Counted from the stretch's first letter, positions 1-11,515 are shown. The stretch: 64,000 bases of DNA from Escherichia coli (GCF_030013595.1 NZ_CP122768.1); one strand, 5' to 3'. The notes: generated from the sequence alone by a model not told the origin. Numbers and translations: made by a program.

Positions 1-12
1 TAAGGAGAACAC

Positions 13-1470
13 ATGAAAACACCCTCACAGCCGCGCGCGATATACTATATCGTGGCGATCCAAATCTGGGAGTACTTCAGTTTTTACGGCATGCGTGCCT
101 TACTCATTCTCTATCTCACCCATCAGCTTGGTTTTGATGATAACCATGCCATCAGCCTGTTCAGCGCATATGCTTCTCTGGTTTACGTTACCCCTATTCT
201 CGGCGGCTGGCTTGCCGACCGCCTGCTCGGCAACCGCACTGCAGTGATTGCCGGCGCGCTGTTAATGACCCTTGGCCATGTGGTGCTGGGCATTGATACA
301 AATTCAACCTTTAGCCTGTATCTGGCGCTGGCAATCATTATTTGTGGCTACGGTTTATTCAAATCAAACATCAGCTGTTTGCTTGGCGAGCTCTACGACG
401 AGAACGATCATCGACGTGATGGCGGTTTTTCGCTGCTGTATGCTGCAGGCAATATCGGTTCTATCGCCGCCCCCATCGCCTGCGGCCTGGCTGCTCAGTG
501 GTATGGATGGCATGTTGGCTTTGCCCTTGCGGGTGGCGGCATGTTTATCGGTTTGTTGATTTTCTTAAGCGGTCATCGTCATTTCCAGTCCACGCGTAGT
601 ATGGATAAGAAAGCGCTCACTAGCGTCAAATTTGCCTTACCAGTATGGAGCTGGTTAGTGGTGATGCTCTGTTTAGCCCCAGTATTTTTTACCCTGCTGC
701 TGGAGAACGACTGGTCCGGATATTTGCTGGCGATCGTTTGCCTCATTGCAGCACAAATCATTGCCCGCATGATGATCAAATTCCCCGAACACCGCCGTGC
801 TCTTTGGCAAATTGTATTGTTGATGTTTGTCGGGACGTTGTTCTGGGTACTGGCACAACAGGGCGGCAGTACCATCAGCTTGTTTATCGATCGCTTTGTG
901 AATCGTCAGGCATTCAATATTGAAGTACCTACAGCACTATTCCAGTCGGTGAATGCCATTGCGGTGATGCTCGCTGGGGTTGTTCTGGCCTGGCTGGCGT
1001 CGCCAGAAAGCCGCGGCAATTCAGCATTGCGCGTCTGGCTGAAGTTTGCCTTTGGCTTACTGCTGATGGCTTGTGGCTTTATGTTGCTGGCATTTGATGC
1101 CCGACATGCAGCGGCTGGCGGTCAAGCGTCAATGGGCGTGATGGTATCCGGGCTGGCGCTAATGGGCTTTGCTGAACTCTTTATTGACCCGGTGGCGATT
1201 GCGCAAATCACGCGTCTGAAAATGTCTGGCGTATTAACCGGTATTTATATGCTGGCAACAGGCGCGGTCGCCAACTGGCTGGCAGGCGTCGTGGCACAGC
1301 AGACGACAGAGTCGCAAATTAGCGGTATGGCAATTGCCGCTTACCAGCGATTCTTTTCTCAGATGGGAGAGTGGACGTTGGCTTGTGTCGCGATCATCGT
1401 GGTATTGGCCTTTGCTACCCGTTTTCTGTTTAGCACGCCGACGAATATGATACAGGAGAGCAACGATTAA
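13..1470 (+). CDS. dtpC: Dipeptide/tripeptide:proton symporter, POT family
   Basis: ORF track 13..1470, 485 aa; polytopic membrane protein matching recalled DtpC/YjdL; AAGGAG RBS at 2..6; lysU immediately downstream as in E. coli. Confidence 0.92.
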   Translation: MKTPSQPRAIYYIVAIQIWEYFSFYGMRALLILYLTHQLGFDDNHAISLFSAYASLVYVTPILGGWLADRLLGNRTAVIAGALLMTLGHVVLGIDTNSTFSLYLALAIIICGYGLFKSNISCLLGELYDENDHRRDGGFSLLYAAGNIGSIAAPIACGLAAQWYGWHVGFALAGGGMFIGLLIFLSGHRHFQSTRSMDKKALTSVKFALPVWSWLVVMLCLAPVFFTLLLENDWSGYLLAIVCLIAAQIIARMMIKFPEHRRALWQIVLLMFVGTLFWVLAQQGGSTISLFIDRFVNRQAFNIEVPTALFQSVNAIAVMLAGVVLAWLASPESRGNSALRVWLKFAFGLLLMACGFMLLAFDARHAAAGGQASMGVMVSGLALMGFAELFIDPVAIAQITRLKMSGVLTGIYMLATGAVANWLAGVVAQQTTESQISGMAIAAYQRFFSQMGEWTLACVAIIVVLAFATRFLFSTPTNMIQESND

Positions 1471-1706
1471 CTGTCGTAAAAACAATTGGTTATGAATAAA
1501 TTAACTTTCAGTTTATCACACTAGCAAATCGAGATTAATAAGTCATTTAAACCATTTTTATGGTTATTTATTAGTGATATCAACTTGAGGTAAGCGTTAG
1601 TTTCGATAAGATAAACTGAGTTATTAATAGTCGAGGCAGATAATACAGTGTACCGATCTGTCTCTTTATCTACGCTAAATTGAAAGCTGGATTTAGAGGA
1701 ACCAAA

Positions 1707-3224
1707 ATGTCTGAACGAGAAACACGGGGAGCCAATGAGGCTATTGATTTTAACGATGAACTGAGAAATCGCCGCGAAAAACTGGCGGCACTACGTCAGC
1801 AAGGTGTGGCGTTTCCCAATGATTTTCGCCGCGACCATACCTCTGACCAGTTGCACGAAGAGTTTGATGCGAAGGATAACCAGGAACTGGAATCCTTAAA
1901 CATTGAAGTCTCGGTTGCTGGCCGAATGATGACCCGTCGTATCATGGGGAAAGCCTCCTTTGTAACGTTGCAGGATGTCGGTGGCCGTATTCAACTGTAC
2001 GTTGCAAGAGATAGCCTGCCAGAAGGTGTTTATAACGATCAGTTTAAAAAATGGGATCTGGGTGACATTATCGGTGCCCGCGGTACGCTGTTTAAGACGC
2101 AAACGGGTGAGCTTTCCATTCACTGTACTGAGCTGCGCCTGCTGACTAAAGCACTACGTCCTTTACCAGATAAATTCCATGGTCTGCAGGATCAGGAAGT
2201 CCGTTATCGTCAACGTTATCTGGACCTCATCGCTAACGATAAATCCCGTCAAACGTTTGTTGTCCGTTCAAAAATTCTGGCCGCTATCCGTCAGTTCATG
2301 GTCGCGCGCGGCTTTATGGAAGTAGAAACCCCGATGATGCAGGTAATTCCAGGTGGGGCATCTGCTCGCCCGTTTATTACCCATCATAACGCTCTGGATT
2401 TAGATATGTACCTGCGTATCGCGCCAGAGCTGTATCTGAAACGTCTGGTTGTAGGCGGTTTTGAACGGGTATTCGAAATCAACCGTAACTTCCGTAATGA
2501 AGGTATTTCTGTTCGCCATAATCCTGAGTTCACAATGATGGAACTCTACATGGCGTATGCGGATTACCACGATTTGATTGAACTGACAGAGTCACTGTTC
2601 CGCACCCTGGCACAAGAGGTTCTGGGTACCACTAAAGTCACTTATGGCGAGCATGTGTTTGATTTCGGCAAACCGTTTGAAAAACTCACCATGCGCGAAG
2701 CAATCAAAAAATATCGTCCAGAAACCGATATGGCCGACCTGGATAATTTTGATGCCGCTAAAGCATTAGCTGAATCTATTGGTATTACGGTAGAGAAAAG
2801 CTGGGGGCTGGGACGTATTGTCACGGAGATCTTTGATGAAGTGGCAGAAGCACATCTGATTCAGCCAACCTTTATTACGGAATATCCCGCAGAAGTGTCA
2901 CCGCTGGCGCGCCGTAATGATGTTAACCCGGAAATCACCGACCGATTTGAATTCTTCATCGGTGGTCGTGAAATCGGTAATGGTTTTAGCGAATTAAACG
3001 ACGCAGAAGATCAGGCTGAACGTTTCCAGGAACAGGTTAACGCTAAAGCTGCAGGTGACGACGAAGCCATGTTCTATGACGAAGATTACGTGACTGCGCT
3101 GGAATATGGTTTGCCACCAACCGCTGGTCTGGGTATTGGTATCGACCGAATGATTATGCTGTTTACAAACAGTCATACTATTCGCGACGTTATTCTCTTC
3201 CCGGCGATGCGCCCACAGAAATAA
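1707..3224 (+). CDS. lysU: Lysyl-tRNA synthetase, inducible isozyme
   Basis: ORF track 1680..3224 begins at an upstream TTG; the ATG at 1707 gives 505 aa starting [15 protein letters not shown], a class II aaRS. Called lysU rather than lysS from synteny with dtpC and ghoST. Confidence 0.93.
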   Translation: MSERETRGANEAIDFNDELRNRREKLAALRQQGVAFPNDFRRDHTSDQLHEEFDAKDNQELESLNIEVSVAGRMMTRRIMGKASFVTLQDVGGRIQLYVARDSLPEGVYNDQFKKWDLGDIIGARGTLFKTQTGELSIHCTELRLLTKALRPLPDKFHGLQDQEVRYRQRYLDLIANDKSRQTFVVRSKILAAIRQFMVARGFMEVETPMMQVIPGGASARPFITHHNALDLDMYLRIAPELYLKRLVVGGFERVFEINRNFRNEGISVRHNPEFTMMELYMAYADYHDLIELTESLFRTLAQEVLGTTKVTYGEHVFDFGKPFEKLTMREAIKKYRPETDMADLDNFDAAKALAESIGITVEKSWGLGRIVTEIFDEVAEAHLIQPTFITEYPAEVSPLARRNDVNPEITDRFEFFIGGREIGNGFSELNDAEDQAERFQEQVNAKAAGDDEAMFYDEDYVTALEYGLPPTAGLGIGIDRMIMLFTNSHTIRDVILFPAMRPQK

Positions 3225-3235
3225 TTTTCACTTTA

Positions 3236-3269
3236 ATGAACGAAGCAGTCAGGCGACTGCTTCGTTCAT
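3236..3269. terminator. 15-bp perfect inverted repeat hairpin between convergent lysU and ghoT
   Basis: atgaacgaagcagtc / loop aggc / gactgcttcgttcat read directly; no strong T-run, so function as a terminator is inferred from position. Confidence 0.4.
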
Positions 3270-3342
3270 CATTCCGCAAATCCAGTTTTGAGGAGAGACG
3301 CTTCGTTTCACGATAACCAGCGGGTCCACTCAACTACAGCTC

Positions 3343-3516
3343 CTAAAAGAGAGAAAAAAGTAATGCCACAGGCAGACTCATTGGCCAGGTTATTCCTACC
3401 AGGAATGCACTAAGTAAACGAATATGTGTTTTCTCATGTGAGATAAACCAGATAATGACAAAGGATATGTTCACACCAATCACATAAAAAATTAATATTT
3501 TAGAGAATAGTGCCAT
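3343..3516 (-). CDS. ghoT: Type V toxin GhoT, small membrane-lytic peptide (57 aa)
   Basis: Not in ORF track (under 60 aa). Hand translation of the minus strand from ATG at 3516 to TAG at 3343..3345 gives MALFSKILIFYVIGVNISFVIIWFISHEKTHIRLLSAFLVGITWPMSLPVALLFSLF; hydrophobic, directly downstream of ghoS. Confidence 0.88.
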   Translation of the reverse strand: MALFSKILIFYVIGVNISFVIIWFISHEKTHIRLLSAFLVGITWPMSLPVALLFSLF

Positions 3517-3543
3517 TTTTTATGTTCTTCTTATCCTTCCTGG

Positions 3544-3840
3544 CTACTTGTAAAACTGACGGAAATAGTCATCAACGGTCATAATGTTGAGGTCAAAGTC
3601 AATATCCGGTAAGTCTAAGCATTTAAGCCTGATTAAATCTTCGATTTCACTTGCGGCTAACGATGTCGTTATTGCGAAGGAGTTTTCATTCAATTGTCGT
3701 GGTATCCCATATTCATCAGCCACGATAGAGGAGAAATTCATATCATACATCAATGATCTTAACCTTAAGAACACTGAGGAATAAGATGATGGATAATCAA
3801 AAGAAACAACATAAGTATTGAACTTGTTTTTACCTTCCAT
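3544..3840 (-). CDS. ghoS: Type V antitoxin GhoS, endoribonuclease specific for ghoT mRNA
   Basis: ORF track 98 aa, ATG start at 3840 preceded by GGAG; sequence matches recalled GhoS/YjdK; ghoT lies 27 bp downstream on the same strand. Confidence 0.9.
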   Translation of the reverse strand: MEGKNKFNTYVVSFDYPSSYSSVFLRLRSLMYDMNFSSIVADEYGIPRQLNENSFAITTSLAASEIEDLIRLKCLDLPDIDFDLNIMTVDDYFRQFYK

Positions 3841-4066
3841 AATATGACTCCTATCAATATTGAACGCTCTGGGGACGCAAAACTTATTAACCCCGATTGA
3901 TGATTCTCATATAGGAGATATTCTTTTTTTTGCTCAGTAAAGGGGATGACTTGGGACAAAAAAACGCGCTCTCTGCCCATTCTTTGTGCATCCCCCTACC
4001 CTTCAGATGCTCACCTGCATCACACCGCGGAGAGCATGAAAAATATTGTGACTCTGTACTCTCCCA

Positions 4067-4339
4067 TCAACTGCGAATATCATCATACTCCCGCGTTTTA
4101 TCAAATTCGTGTTTCGCAAATGGGCATAGTGGGATAATTTTTCGTTTTTCCCGACGCATTTTTTCCACGACTTTCGCAACCAGCTGTTTACCAATCCCCT
4201 GCCCTTTCAGGCTTTCATCGACATCGGTATGTTCGATAATCGCTAAATTCTCTCCGGTCGGCACAAAGACAATTTCAGCGATTTGCTTGCCCTGTTCGTC
4301 ATTAATGTAAAATTTATTGTGGCCTTCGCGTATTTCCAT
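4067..4339 (-). CDS. yjdJ: Small GNAT-family acetyltransferase-like protein
   Basis: ORF track 90 aa, ATG at 4339; motif QGIGKQLV typical of the GNAT acetyl-CoA site; synteny with yjdI. Confidence 0.85.
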   Translation of the reverse strand: MEIREGHNKFYINDEQGKQIAEIVFVPTGENLAIIEHTDVDESLKGQGIGKQLVAKVVEKMRREKRKIIPLCPFAKHEFDKTREYDDIRS

Positions 4340-4350
4340 TTTACCCTCGC

Positions 4351-4581
4351 TTATTTATGACGGTATTTCAGCGCGCCGCTCGGGCACGTATCAATCACTT
4401 TAACCACAGTGGCAACGTCGACTTCATCCGGCATGATCCACGGCTTTCGTTTGAGATTAAATAACTTGCCGTTGCCACGTACGCAATTGCCAGAATGCTG
4501 ACATATCGCAGTATTGAAATAGACATCGATCTTTTCGCCGGTATAACAGCGATAACCCCCGTCCAGTAGCGCCCGATCCAT
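4351..4581 (-). CDS. yjdI: Small cysteine-rich protein of unknown function
   Basis: ORF track 76 aa, ATG at 4581; four Cys (CYTG, CQHSGNC, CPSG) suggest a metal or Fe-S site; 11 bp upstream of yjdJ, likely co-transcribed. Confidence 0.85.
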   Translation of the reverse strand: MDRALLDGGYRCYTGEKIDVYFNTAICQHSGNCVRGNGKLFNLKRKPWIMPDEVDVATVVKVIDTCPSGALKYRHK

Positions 4582-4761
4582 GACCTTCCCTCTCTCATCA
4601 GTATGATTATCGCTATAAGCATAGCCCCGGAATCTTCATACAGCACTGGCAGTTTCCGTTGCCAGAATCTCTTCCCCTATATAGCCAATCATTCTTACTC
4701 CCTTTGAATTACCCGCCTCATCAGAGATAATGCTTAAGAAATTTGTCACACAAGGAAGCTG

Positions 4762-6393
4762 ATGAGACATTCATTGCCCTACCGTATGTTACGCAAACGT
4801 CCGATGAAATTGAGTACCACTGTGATCTTAATGGTCAGCGCGGTACTGTTCTCGGTGCTATTGGTGGTGCATCTGATTTACTTCTCGCAAATCAGTGATA
4901 TGACGCGAGACGGGCTAGCCAACAAGGCGCTGGCAGTGGCGCGTACCCTCGCCGACTCGCCGGAAATCCGTCAGGGCTTGCAGAAAAAACCTCAGGAGAG
5001 CGGCATCCAGGCCATCGCGGAAGCCGTGCGCAAACGCAACGATCTGCTATTTATTGTCGTTACCGATATGCAAAGTCTTCGCTACTCGCATCCTGAAGCC
5101 CAGCGTATTGGTCAGCCATTTAAAGGTGATGACATCCTTAAAGCGCTGAATGGCGAAGAAAATGTCGCTATCAATCGCGGTTTTCTGGCGCAGGCTTTAC
5201 GCGTATTTACCCCCATCTACGATGAAAATCATAAACAAATTGGCGTGGTGGCGATCGGCCTTGAGTTAAGTCGCGTGACCCAACAGATCAATGACAGTCG
5301 CTGGAGCATTATCTGGTCGGTATTATTTGGCATGCTGGTCGGACTGATCGGCACCTGCATTCTGGTTAACGTACTGAAAAAAATCCTTTTTGGCCTGGAA
5401 CCCTACGAAATCTCCACGCTGTTTGAGCAGCGCCAGGCCATGTTGCAGTCTATCAAAGAAGGCGTCGTTGCCGTGGACGATCGCGGTGAAGTCACGCTGA
5501 TCAACGATGCCGCACAAGAATTGCTGAATTACCGTAAGTCGCAGGACGATGAGAAACTGTCGACGCTAAGCCACTCGTGGTCACAGGTGGTAGATGTCTC
5601 GGAAGTGTTACGCGACGGTACCCCGCGGCGCGACGAAGAGATTACGATTAAAGACCGGCTATTACTGATCAACACCGTTCCGGTGCGCAGTAATGGCGTT
5701 ATCATCGGTGCCATTTCAACCTTCAGGGACAAAACTGAAGTACGTAAACTGATGCAGCGACTCGATGGTCTGGTCAACTATGCTGACGCACTTCGTGAAC
5801 GATCCCACGAATTTATGAATAAATTGCACGTGATTCTCGGATTATTGCATCTGAAGAGTTATAAGCAGTTGGAAGATTACATTCTCAAAACAGCCAATAA
5901 CTATCAGGAAGAGATTGGCTCTCTGCTGGGTAAGATCAAATCTCCGGTTATCGCTGGTTTTTTAATCAGCAAGATTAACCGCGCGACCGATTTAGGCCAT
6001 ACGCTGATTTTAAACAGTGAAAGCCAGCTGCCAGACAGCGGCAGTGAAGACCAGGTCGCGACGCTGATTACCACGTTGGGAAATCTGATAGAAAACGCGC
6101 TGGAAGCATTAGGGCCGGAACCCGGAGGCGAAATTAGCGTAACATTGCACTACCGTCACGGCTGGCTGCACTGTGAAGTTAATGATGATGGACCGGGGAT
6201 CGCACCCGATAAAATCGATCACATTTTTGACAAAGGTGTCTCGACAAAAGGAAGCGAGCGAGGCGTCGGTTTAGCACTTGTCAAACAACAGGTAGAAAAT
6301 CTCGGCGGCAGCATCGCCGTGGAATCGGAACCCGGGATTTTCACACAATTTTTTGTCCAGATACCCTGGGACGGGGAGAGGTCGAACAGATGA
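4762..6393 (+). CDS. dcuS: C4-dicarboxylate sensor histidine kinase
   Basis: ORF track 543 aa, ATG start; two transmembrane segments, periplasmic sensing domain, PAS and HATPase motifs (DDGPGI); overlaps dcuR start. Confidence 0.93.
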   Translation: MRHSLPYRMLRKRPMKLSTTVILMVSAVLFSVLLVVHLIYFSQISDMTRDGLANKALAVARTLADSPEIRQGLQKKPQESGIQAIAEAVRKRNDLLFIVVTDMQSLRYSHPEAQRIGQPFKGDDILKALNGEENVAINRGFLAQALRVFTPIYDENHKQIGVVAIGLELSRVTQQINDSRWSIIWSVLFGMLVGLIGTCILVNVLKKILFGLEPYEISTLFEQRQAMLQSIKEGVVAVDDRGEVTLINDAAQELLNYRKSQDDEKLSTLSHSWSQVVDVSEVLRDGTPRRDEEITIKDRLLLINTVPVRSNGVIIGAISTFRDKTEVRKLMQRLDGLVNYADALRERSHEFMNKLHVILGLLHLKSYKQLEDYILKTANNYQEEIGSLLGKIKSPVIAGFLISKINRATDLGHTLILNSESQLPDSGSEDQVATLITTLGNLIENALEALGPEPGGEISVTLHYRHGWLHCEVNDDGPGIAPDKIDHIFDKGVSTKGSERGVGLALVKQQVENLGGSIAVESEPGIFTQFFVQIPWDGERSNR

Positions 6394-7109
6394 TCAATGT
6401 ATTAATTATCGATGACGACGCAATGGTCGCGGAGCTGAATCGCCGATACGTAGCACAAATCCCAAGCTTTCAATGCTGTGGAACAGCCTCGACGCTGGAG
6501 AAAGCCAAAGAGATTATCTTCAATAGCGATACGCCTATCGACCTGATATTGCTCGATATCTATATGCAAAAAGAGAACGGGCTCGATTTACTGCCTGTCC
6601 TGCATAACGCGCGTTGCAAAAGTGATGTGATTGTCATCTCCTCCGCAGCCGATGCGGCAACCATTAAAGATTCGCTGCATTACGGTGTCGTGGATTACCT
6701 GATCAAACCCTTCCAGGCTTCCCGCTTTGAAGAGGCGCTCACCGGCTGGCGGCAAAAGAAAATGGCGCTGGAAAAACATCAGTATTATGACCAGGCCGAG
6801 CTTGATCAGCTAATCCACGGCAGCAGCTCCAACGAGCAGGATCCTCGTCGCTTGCCAAAAGGCTTAACGCCGCAGACGTTACGCACGCTGTGCCAGTGGA
6901 TTGACGCGCATCAGGACTATGAGTTTTCAACCGACGAGCTGGCTAACGAGGTTAACATTTCGCGTGTTTCCTGCCGTAAATACCTCATCTGGCTGGTCAA
7001 CTGCCACATCTTGTTCACCAGTATCCATTATGGCGTCACGGGGCGTCCGGTTTACCGTTACCGTATTCAGGCAGAACACTACTCACTGCTGAAACAATAT
7101 TGCCAATAA
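6390..7109 (+). CDS. dcuR: C4-dicarboxylate response regulator
   Basis: ORF track 239 aa; receiver domain (LIIDDD, LLDIYM) plus C-terminal DNA-binding domain; ATGA overlap with dcuS stop. Confidence 0.93.
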   Translation: MINVLIIDDDAMVAELNRRYVAQIPSFQCCGTASTLEKAKEIIFNSDTPIDLILLDIYMQKENGLDLLPVLHNARCKSDVIVISSAADAATIKDSLHYGVVDYLIKPFQASRFEEALTGWRQKKMALEKHQYYDQAELDQLIHGSSSNEQDPRRLPKGLTPQTLRTLCQWIDAHQDYEFSTDELANEVNISRVSCRKYLIWLVNCHILFTSIHYGVTGRPVYRYRIQAEHYSLLKQYCQ

Positions 7110-7161
7110 CGGATCGCTGGTTATCTGTAAGTAATAATTATTACCGTAATGCAAAATATTC

Positions 7162-7202
7162 CTGGCACAAGTTACATTCTTCATCAGTAAAACTTGTGCC
7201 AG
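7162..7202. repeat. Perfect 12-bp inverted repeat (ctggcacaagtt N17 aacttgtgccag) just downstream of dcuR
   Basis: Read directly; the right arm overlaps a TTGTG-N4-ATCAA motif at 7194..7207 resembling a CRP/FNR-type site. Function not established. Confidence 0.5.
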
Positions 7203-7679
7203 ATCAAATATAATTATCCCTCCATCATCGTTAAAAATTAATATCTCTTCAGATGAACGGTGTTTTTAATTTCAAAACGCTAACAAAAGTTAATTAACTA
7301 TTATGTCACCCGCATTATGTGTATTTTTACCCACAAATGGGTAGATCAGATTAATCTATAAACCTAATGATATCTGCCCTGAGAACAAAAAATAGACCGA
7401 TAAATATCAATAAGATAACAGCAAACAAAACATTAACATCTGCGCAGTACAAACTATAAACCCATCGCCAGAGAGTCATTCTCTCTGAAAAAGCCGCTTA
7501 TCACAGTGCATAAATTTGCCGCTGCTTTAATCAGCCAATATTCACTGTGAGGTATTTGCTAAAGCCGGTAACGACCAAACGGATATTTAGTCAGGCTCTG
7601 AAAACAGTTCATACAAAACAGAACGTGACTGTGATCTATTCAGCAAAAATTTAAATAGGATTATCGCGAGGGTTCACAC

Positions 7680-9020
7680 ATGTTATTTACTATCCAACTT
7701 ATCATAATACTGATATGTCTGTTTTATGGTGCCAGAAAGGGTGGTATCGCGCTGGGTTTATTAGGCGGTATCGGTCTGGTCATTCTGGTCTTCGTCTTCC
7801 ACCTTCAGCCAGGTAAACCACCGGTTGATGTCATGCTGGTTATCATTGCGGTGGTGGCGGCATCGGCGACCTTGCAAGCTTCGGGCGGTCTTGATGTCAT
7901 GCTGCAAATTGCCGAGAAGCTGCTGCGCCGCAACCCGAAATATGTCTCAATTGTCGCGCCGTTTGTGACCTGTACGCTGACCATTCTTTGCGGTACGGGT
8001 CATGTGGTTTACACCATTCTGCCGATCATCTACGACGTCGCTATTAAGAACAACATCCGTCCGGAACGCCCGATGGCGGCAAGTTCTATCGGTGCACAGA
8101 TGGGGATTATCGCCAGTCCGGTGTCGGTTGCAGTCGTGTCTCTGGTTGCGATGCTGGGTAATGTCACCTTTGATGGTCGCCATCTTGAGTTCCTCGACCT
8201 GCTAGCAATCACCATTCCATCGACGTTAATCGGTATCCTGGCGATCGGTATCTTCAGCTGGTTCCGCGGTAAAGATCTGGATAAAGACGAAGAGTTCCAG
8301 AAATTCATCTCCGTACCGGAAAACCGTGAGTATGTTTACGGTGATACCGCGACGCTGCTGGATAAAAAACTGCCGAAAAGCAACTGGCTTGCAATGTGGA
8401 TCTTCCTCGGGGCAATCGCTGTAGTCGCCCTTCTTGGTGCTGATTCGGACCTGCGTCCATCCTTCGGCGGCAAACCGCTGTCGATGGTACTGGTTATTCA
8501 GATGTTTATGCTGCTGACCGGGGCGCTGATTATTATCCTGACCAAAACCAATCCCGCGTCTATCTCAAAAAACGAAGTCTTCCGTTCCGGTATGATCGCC
8601 ATCGTGGCGGTGTACGGTATCGCATGGATGGCAGAAACCATGTTCGGTGCGCATATGTCTGAAATTCAGGGCGTACTGGGTGAAATGGTGAAAGAGTATC
8701 CGTGGGCCTATGCCATTGTTCTGCTGCTGGTTTCCAAGTTTGTAAACTCTCAGGCTGCGGCGCTGGCGGCGATTGTTCCGGTCGCGCTGGCGATCGGCGT
8801 TGATCCGGCATACATCGTGGCTTCAGCACCGGCTTGCTACGGTTATTACATCCTGCCGACTTATCCGAGCGATCTGGCAGCGATTCAGTTTGACCGTTCC
8901 GGCACCACCCACATCGGTCGCTTCGTCATCAACCACAGCTTTATTCTGCCGGGGTTGATTGGTGTGAGCGTATCGTGCGTCTTCGGCTGGATCTTCGCCG
9001 CGATGTACGGGTTCTTATAA
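7680..9020 (+). CDS. dcuB: Anaerobic C4-dicarboxylate:succinate antiporter
   Basis: ORF track 446 aa, ATG start; highly hydrophobic DcuA/DcuB family; preceded by a 570-bp AT-rich control region; fumB downstream. Confidence 0.93.
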
Positions 9021-9097
9021 ATGCACTTTGCGTGCCGCCCGTGACTACGCGGCACGCCATTTTCGAATAACAAATACAGAGTTACAGGCTGGAAGCT

Positions 9098-10744
9098 ATG
9101 TCAAACAAACCCTTTATCTACCAGGCACCTTTCCCGATGGGGAAAGACAATACCGAATACTATCTACTCACTTCCGATTACGTTAGCGTTGCCGACTTCG
9201 ACGGCGAAACCATTCTGAAAGTGGAACCAGAAGCCCTGACCCTGCTGGCGCAGCAAGCCTTTCACGACGCTTCTTTCATGCTCCGTCCGGCACACCAGAA
9301 ACAGGTTGCGGCTATTCTTCACGATCCAGAAGCCAGCGAAAACGACAAGTACGTGGCGCTGCAATTCTTAAGAAACTCCGAAATCGCCGCCAAAGGCGTG
9401 CTGCCGACCTGCCAGGATACCGGCACCGCAATCATCGTCGGTAAAAAAGGTCAGCGCGTGTGGACCGGCGGCGGTGATGAAGAAGCACTGTCGAAAGGCG
9501 TGTACAACACCTATATCGAAGATAACCTGCGCTACTCGCAAAACGCGGCGCTGGACATGTACAAAGAGGTCAACACCGGCACTAACCTGCCTGCGCAAAT
9601 CGACCTGTACGCGGTAGATGGCGATGAGTACAAATTCCTCTGTGTCGCTAAAGGCGGCGGCTCTGCCAACAAAACCTATCTCTACCAGGAAACCAAAGCC
9701 CTGCTGACTCCCGGCAAACTGAAAAACTTCCTCGTTGAGAAAATGCGTACCCTCGGTACTGCAGCCTGCCCGCCGTACCATATCGCGTTTGTGATTGGCG
9801 GTACGTCTGCGGAAACCAACCTGAAAACCGTCAAGTTAGCAAGCGCTCACTATTATGATGAACTGCCGACGGAAGGGAACGAACATGGTCAGGCGTTCCG
9901 CGATGTCCAACTGGAACAGGAACTGCTGGAAGAGGCCCAGAAACTCGGTCTTGGCGCGCAGTTTGGCGGTAAATACTTCGCGCACGACATTCGCGTTATC
10001 CGTCTGCCACGTCACGGCGCATCCTTCCCGGTAGGCATGGGAGTCTCCTGCTCCGCTGACCGTAACATTAAAGCGAAAATCAACCGCGAAGGTATCTGGA
10101 TCGAAAAACTGGAACACAATCCAGGCCAGTACATTCCACAAGAACTGCGTCAGGCCGGTGAAGGCGAAGCGGTGAAAGTCGACCTTAACCGCCCGATGAA
10201 AGAGATCCTCGCCCAGCTTTCGCAATATCCGGTTTCCACTCGTTTGTCGCTCACCGGCACCATTATTGTGGGTCGAGATATTGCACACGCCAAGCTGAAA
10301 GAGCTGATTGACTCCGGTAAAGAACTTCCGCAGTACATCAAAGATCACCCGATCTACTACGCGGGTCCGGCGAAAACGCCTGCCGGTTATCCATCAGGTT
10401 CACTTGGCCCAACCACCGCAGGTCGTATGGACTCCTACGTGGATCTGCTGCAATCCCACGGCGGCAGCATGATCATGCTGGCGAAAGGTAACCGCAGTCA
10501 GCAGGTTACCGACGCGTGTCATAAACATGGCGGCTTCTACCTCGGTAGTATCGGCGGTCCGGCGGCGGTACTGGCGCAGCAGAGCATCAAGCATCTGGAA
10601 TGCGTCGCTTATCCGGAGCTGGGTATGGAAGCTATCTGGAAAATCGAAGTAGAAGATTTCCCGGCGTTTATCCTGGTCGATGACAAAGGCAACGACTTCT
10701 TCCAGCAAATCGTCAACAAACAGTGCGCGAACTGCACTAAGTAA
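9098..10744 (+). CDS. fumB: Class I fumarate hydratase, anaerobic isozyme
   Basis: ORF track 548 aa; [13 protein letters not shown] start; Fe-S hydro-lyase family; called fumB over fumA from dcuB synteny. Confidence 0.93.
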   Translation: MSNKPFIYQAPFPMGKDNTEYYLLTSDYVSVADFDGETILKVEPEALTLLAQQAFHDASFMLRPAHQKQVAAILHDPEASENDKYVALQFLRNSEIAAKGVLPTCQDTGTAIIVGKKGQRVWTGGGDEEALSKGVYNTYIEDNLRYSQNAALDMYKEVNTGTNLPAQIDLYAVDGDEYKFLCVAKGGGSANKTYLYQETKALLTPGKLKNFLVEKMRTLGTAACPPYHIAFVIGGTSAETNLKTVKLASAHYYDELPTEGNEHGQAFRDVQLEQELLEEAQKLGLGAQFGGKYFAHDIRVIRLPRHGASFPVGMGVSCSADRNIKAKINREGIWIEKLEHNPGQYIPQELRQAGEGEAVKVDLNRPMKEILAQLSQYPVSTRLSLTGTIIVGRDIAHAKLKELIDSGKELPQYIKDHPIYYAGPAKTPAGYPSGSLGPTTAGRMDSYVDLLQSHGGSMIMLAKGNRSQQVTDACHKHGGFYLGSIGGPAAVLAQQSIKHLECVAYPELGMEAIWKIEVEDFPAFILVDDKGNDFFQQIVNKQCANCTK

Positions 10745-10760
10745 CCTCTTCGGCCCAGCG

Positions 10761-10780
10761 CCTGGCAGCATGCTGCCAGG
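10761..10780 (+). terminator. GC-rich palindrome after fumB (cctggcagca/tgctgccagg)
   Basis: Perfect 20-bp palindrome 17 bp after the fumB stop; short T tract a few bases downstream. Confidence 0.4.
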
Positions 10781-10866
10781 TGATCCCCCTGGGCCACCTC
10801 TTTTGCGATTGTAATTTCACGCTTGCTGGTGAATAGTCAGTATTTTCCCTGACTTGCGAACTCACC

Positions 10867-11496
10867 ATGACCCGCACACTCAAGCCGTTAATTCTTAACA
10901 CCGGCGCACTGGCGCTAACGTTAATCCTGATTTATACCGGCATTTCGGCCAATGACAAACTCACCTGGCTGATGGAAGTGACACCGGTGATTATTGTCGT
11001 GCCGCTACTGCTTGCCACCGCTAAACGTTATCCGTTAACGCCGCTGCTCTATACGCTCATTTTCTTTCACGCCATCATCCTGATGGTCGGCGGACAATAC
11101 ACCTACGCGAAAGTCCCCGTTGGTTTTGAGGTGCAGGAATGGCTGGGGTTGAGTCGTAATCCGTATGACAAACTGGGGCATTTTTTCCAAGGGCTGGTGC
11201 CTGCACTGGTGGCACGAGAGATCCTTGTGCGCGGGATGTACGTTCGCGGACATAAGATGGTGGCGTTTCTGGTCTGCTGCGTGGCGCTGGCGATAAGCGC
11301 GATGTATGAATTAATCGAGTGGTGGGCGGCGCTGGCAATGGGTCAGGGAGCGGATGATTTTCTCGGCACCCAGGGCGACCAGTGGGACACGCAATCCGAT
11401 ATGTTCTGCGCGCTGCTTGGCGCATTAACGACGGTGATATTCCTCGCTCGCTTTCATTGCCGCCAGCTACGGCGCTTTGGCTTGATAACCGGATAA
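10867..11496 (+). CDS. yjdF: Inner membrane protein of unknown function
   Basis: ORF track 209 aa, ATG start; multiple hydrophobic helices; position between fumB and melB matches E. coli. Confidence 0.88.
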   Translation: MTRTLKPLILNTGALALTLILIYTGISANDKLTWLMEVTPVIIVVPLLLATAKRYPLTPLLYTLIFFHAIILMVGGQYTYAKVPVGFEVQEWLGLSRNPYDKLGHFFQGLVPALVAREILVRGMYVRGHKMVAFLVCCVALAISAMYELIEWWAALAMGQGADDFLGTQGDQWDTQSDMFCALLGALTTVIFLARFHCRQLRRFGLITG

Positions 11497-11515
11497 CAAC
11501 GTGCGCTTTGTTGAC

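Noticed and set aside
3841-4066. Possible additional small genes between ghoS and yjdJ (ORF track 3765..3980, 3930..4310, 3946..4137)
   Set aside because: Overlapping ORFs on both strands with no RBS and low-complexity or stop-proximal composition; more likely the ghoS promoter and yjdJ terminator region.
10745-10866. yjdF-type riboswitch upstream of yjdF
   Set aside because: The yjdF RNA motif is described in Firmicutes; the E. coli leader here is short and shows only a simple palindrome consistent with a fumB terminator.
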